From Caecitellus pseudoparvulus (lineage: Eukaryota > Protista > Bigyra: Bicosoecida): 64,000 nucleotides of DNA. This document shows positions 61,401-64,000 of this stretch, piece by piece (the first letter of the stretch is position 1; each line of letters opens with the position of its first letter). Both the position numbers and the translations under genes were made by a program. Below the pieces are notes generated by a model. The model was not told the origin of the DNA. It worked only from the letters and a program-made list of their open reading frames with translations, and ran no database searches. The stretch is taken from positions 245,443 to 309,442 of the forward strand of contig CBFFRQ010000094.1 in the NCBI GenBank assembly GCA_965644315.1, read 5' to 3'.

Positions 61401-64000
61401 ACGCTGGGCACCGGGACGGTGGTGAACGGGCACCTGTCTGACGGCGGCGCTGATGGGCTGGTGGAGGAGATGGAGCTGGTGTACACGGTGCGCGTGCGGG
61501 ACGTGGATGTTGGCTCCGATGCGATTATGCGTGGTGACACGTTCGAGAGCCGGGTGGAGTTGACGTCTGCGGGCGTGGAGAGCGGTGAGGTGGTGCTGGT
61601 GAGCCCCACGGTGACTGTGATTGAGCCCAGCTTGGCGGCGTTGGTGGTGAGCCCCACCGCGGTGTCTGGCGTGGACGGCAGCGATGTGATTGTGTTCGAG
61701 GTGCTCGTGAGCCATGACGGCGCCTCGGACGCTGACGCGAACAACGTGGAGGTCGTGGACACGGCCCTGGTGGGCGGTGTGCCGGGGGCCCCCTACGAGC
61801 TGCTGGCCGTGTACGTGGACGGTGTGCTGGTGTACGAGGCCGGCGTGGACGACGACAGCGCTGTGCTGTCTGACGGTGCGCTGGCGACGTTGCCAGTGCT
61901 GGGTCTGGGCAGCACTGCGAATGTGACGTACGTGGTGAGCGTGAGCCCGGTGGCGGAGGTGGGCAGCACCCTGACGCCAGATGTGCAGGCAGGGTACACG
62001 TCGGTGCCGGACCGCAGCGTGGCGCGGAACTACAGCGTGGTGCCTGGTGTGGGCGCTGTGGTGTCTGTGGTGGACACGGCAGAGGTGGACTTCAACGCGA
62101 GCATGGTTGCGGGTGCGGACGCGCCTGCCGGGAGTGGCGGTGTGACGCCTGTGACTGTGGGCGGTGAGGTGTCGTTTGAGTTGACGTTCGAGGTGCCTGA
62201 GGGGCAGATGAGCGGCGTTGACTTGCTTGTGAACTTCAGCGACCCTGTGCTGGTGCAGTGGATCAGCAGTGATCCGTCTGTGGTGGTGAGCATCACGCCC
62301 AGCTCGCCTGCTGTGACATCCAACTGCAGTGGGGGCCTGGCCGGCGCGGCCAGTGCTGCTGTGCTGCATGGTGATGGCGCCAGTGCCAGCGTGTCCCTGT
62401 GCACGCTCAGCAACACCGACGACGACAACGACGTGGTGGAGACGGTGACGGTGCGGCTGACGGGTGTGGTGCAGGATGTGCCATCTGCGGTGCAGGGCGC
62501 CTCGTTCATCCTGACGGCCAACGTGACCAGTGCTGAGGGGACGCCTGTGAACATGGTGGCTGGTCCGGGTGTGATTGCGGAGCCACTGCTGGAGGCGTCC
62601 CTGTCCAGCGGTCCGGTGGGCGGCAGCGTCGTGGACGCGAACGACACGCTGACGTTTGTGTTTGTGGTGGGTGCAGCCCCTGGCAGCGATGCGACGGCGT
62701 ACAATGTGCGGGTGCAGGACACTGCGTTCGCGACTCAGGACGATGGTCTGGGCGGCGGTCCGGAGGGCAGCTCCAGCGGCGAGCCTCTGTACGAGGTGAG
62801 TGGCGTGACTGTGGACGGTGTGGCGGTGCCGCACGACAGCGTGGGCTTTGCTGCGGACGGGACGCTGGTGCTGTTGGGGGAGCTGGCAGTGTCCACTGGG
62901 GACATTGTGATCGAGGTGAACGTGACGCTGCGCACGGACATCGAGAGCGGGACAGGCGTGTCTCCGACGTTTGAGGTGACGTGGAGCAGTGCAGTGGACG
63001 GGAGCGGGGCACGGAACCGGACGCTGGTGGGGGGTGCCCTGTCAGCGCCGTCCGTGTCTGTGGCCCGTCCATCTGTCACTGTGCGCGCCGAGAGCGACGA
63101 GGCGACGTACGCCCCTGACACGTACAGCCTGGGCAGCACCGTCGTGCACGTGGTGCGAGTGACGGTTGCGGAGGGCACGATGCGGGGTGCGAGCATGACG
63201 CTGACGCTGTCTGACACGACTCGGTTTGCGTTTGTGGGTGTGTCCAGCATCACTGCGCCTGGCAGTGTGACGAGCAGCCATGGCGACTGGGACAGCGTGG
63301 TGGCGCCGGGCCATGTGTCGAGCGTGGCTGGTACGTCCCTGACCGTGGACATGGGCACGGTGGTGAACCGTGACACGTCCAACGCCGTGTCTGAGGTGGT
63401 GGAGATGCGGGTGGTGACGGTGGCCCTTGTGAATGTGGGGCACGTGGCCGGCGTGGTGACAGGCGTGAGCGTGGAGGTGGTGAGCAGCGAGGTGGGCGCT
63501 GGTGTCGTGACGGACAGCACGAGCGTGACGGCTGAGGAGCCGGACGTGACGTACACTGTGTCGCTGCCTGCTGGCGGTCCGTACGACGCTGGTGACGAGT
63601 TGGTGTTCACGGTGAGCGTGAGTGGTCTGGCTACGACAGGCGACGACAGCCCCGCGTACGGCGTGGTGTTGACGGACGGCGAGTTGTTGTCGGGCAGGTA
63701 CTCTGTGGTGCAGGTGAACTCCAGCGTGGACGGCGTGTTGTTCACGGCTGATGCGGGTGACAGCGACTCTGGCTTTGGGAGCTTGGGTCGTGGTCCTGGC
63801 GGGTCCAGCGTGCCTGCTCTGGTGGGCAGCGTGGGCCGTGTGAATGTGAGCGAGGTGGTGGTGTTCACGTACGCGGTGAAGCTGGACACGAGCGTGGAGT
63901 CCGAGGAGGTGTTTGAGCCTGACGTGACAGTTGCGTGGAGCAGCCACCCCGGCAGCGTGCACGGTGTGGCGCGGAACTACACGCGTGACATTGGTGGCGC
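10365..64000 (+). CDS. Giant secreted repetitive beta-sandwich (DUF11 / fimbrial-D2-like) protein, >17,600 aa, C-terminus beyond the window; exons 10365-10476, 10551-10619, 11075-11571, 11692->64000
   Basis: There is a 47-kb stop-free ORF (11026..58368), and the frame continues to the window end after a single-G deletion at 58236-58240. Upstream exons supply an ATG in ACCATGG context and a signal peptide (MGGLAALLAASLAASVAATA), giving IPSVEFTDGLGTADFEG-D-VGLQFTLRNTGTTNGYQAFMDL-I-VPEG. The composition is V/S/G/T/A/D-rich and acidic, with alternating ~160-aa A and B domains. Confidence 0.9.
10477..10550 (+). other. Giant gene intron 1 (74 nt, phase 1)
   Basis: GTGAGC donor and pyrimidine-rich ...GCCATCGCAG acceptor. 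It removes the in-frame stop at 10512-10514; G+AC=Asp. Confidence 0.8.
10620..11074 (+). other. Giant gene intron 2 (455 nt, phase 1)
   Basis: GTGCGT donor and GCTCACCGCAG acceptor with a CTCAC branch-like motif. A+TT=Ile joins FMDL to VPEG in the frame of the 47-kb ORF. Confidence 0.75.
11572..11691 (+). other. Giant gene intron 3 (120 nt, phase 0, stop-free, hidden inside the ORF)
   Basis: GTACGT donor, CCTCAC branch-like motif and TCCTTTCACAG acceptor. The read-through peptide VRPASMCLRLSVLLWRRS...LLSQ is Arg-rich and compositionally unlike the acidic flanks. Confidence 0.75.
15475..22792 (+). repeat. Coding tandem array, 978-bp (326-aa) unit, 7.5 copies (8 B-type + 7 A-type domains)
   Basis: The unit start (V-V/L-E-P-S-L) recurs at 15481, 16459, 17437, 18415, 19393, 20371, 21349 and 22327, an exact 978 spacing. 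Copies are near-identical except for one divergent A domain at 16956-17445. Confidence 0.97.
22793..24717 (+). other. Unique (non-homogenised) linker of two diverged A+B domain pairs between the two arrays
   Basis: The same motif skeleton is present (e.g. LIGQTVHMQVLVQLPE...ELGNLTNLDFDDDVPE; ADSGDIVAFTV...AFNVELYD...FTSVNG...PRNYS), but there is no nucleotide-level repeat and more codons end in A/T. Confidence 0.8.
24718..64000 (+). repeat. Coding higher-order tandem array, 4,794-bp (1,598-aa) unit, 8 full copies + partial ninth, continuing past the window
   Basis: The unit start (P-S-I/V-T-V-R-A-E-S-D-E) occurs at 24718, 29512, 34306, 39100, 43894, 48688, 53482, 58275 and 63069 (spacing 4794, or 4793 across the indel). 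Only scattered SNPs separate the copies. Confidence 0.98.
58236..58240 (+). other. Single-G deletion frameshift in repeat unit 7 (probable sequencing/consensus error)
   Basis: The run after CTGGT is G5 here but G6 in every other copy (e.g. 29472-29477, 53442-53447, 63029-63034). It causes the apparent stop at 58366-58368. Confidence 0.9.

Noticed and set aside
24672-63962. Long antisense ORFs (up to 716 aa, His/Arg- or Thr/Ser/Pro-rich) recurring every 4,794 bp
   Set aside because: Shadow ORFs of the GTG/ACG-rich sense frame (GTG reverses to CAC, His). Their boundaries change with synonymous SNPs of the sense gene and they have no domain-like features.
15475-64000. CRISPR array, satellite DNA or tandem transposon interpretation of the repeats
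   Set aside because: There is no short repeat-spacer structure and no transposase/RT/integrase motif. Unit lengths are multiples of 3 and lie in one open frame with mostly synonymous differences.
10365-64000. Bacterial contaminant or chimeric contig explanation for the adhesin-like gene
   Set aside because: It has spliceosomal introns with the same donor/acceptor style as the adjacent UNG and PDE genes, a eukaryotic-type signal peptide exon, and sequon enrichment.
1-64000. tRNA/rRNA genes
   Set aside because: No cloverleaf or rRNA-conserved sequence was recognised by eye in the short non-coding intervals. A tRNAscan/Infernal run would be needed to exclude them formally.

Overview
GC-rich eukaryotic genomic DNA with short GT-AG introns (donors mostly GTGCGT/GTGAGC). 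The style suggests a GC-rich protist such as a bicosoecid-like stramenopile, but the taxon is inference only. Four genes are supportable. (1) A 3'-truncated ankyrin-repeat gene (-, 472..<1) that the ORF track misses. (2) A ~2,070-aa class I cyclic-nucleotide phosphodiesterase with three GAF-like domains (-, 7454..938), with 3 introns and 2 apparent homopolymer frameshifts. (3) A 5-exon uracil-DNA glycosylase UNG (-, 9722..8494). (4) A giant secreted protein gene transcribed divergently from UNG (+, 10365..>64000). After splicing three 5' introns and restoring one G at 58236-58240, gene 4 encodes >17,600 aa and is still open at the window edge. It has a signal peptide and ~105 beta-rich ~160-aa domains of two alternating types (A and B). 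These are arranged as a 978-bp (B+A) tandem array (7.5 units) and a 4,794-bp (5x[A+B]) higher-order array (8 full units plus a partial ninth). The domain motifs resemble bacterial DUF11 / 'isopeptide-forming fimbrial D2' giant surface proteins. However, the repeats are almost lysine-free, lack the isopeptide Asn, and carry many N-glycosylation sequons and covarying Cys pairs. The main candidate novel system is therefore a bacteria-like, possibly horizontally acquired adhesin/fibre scaffold expanded into a titin-scale extracellular protein in a eukaryote.
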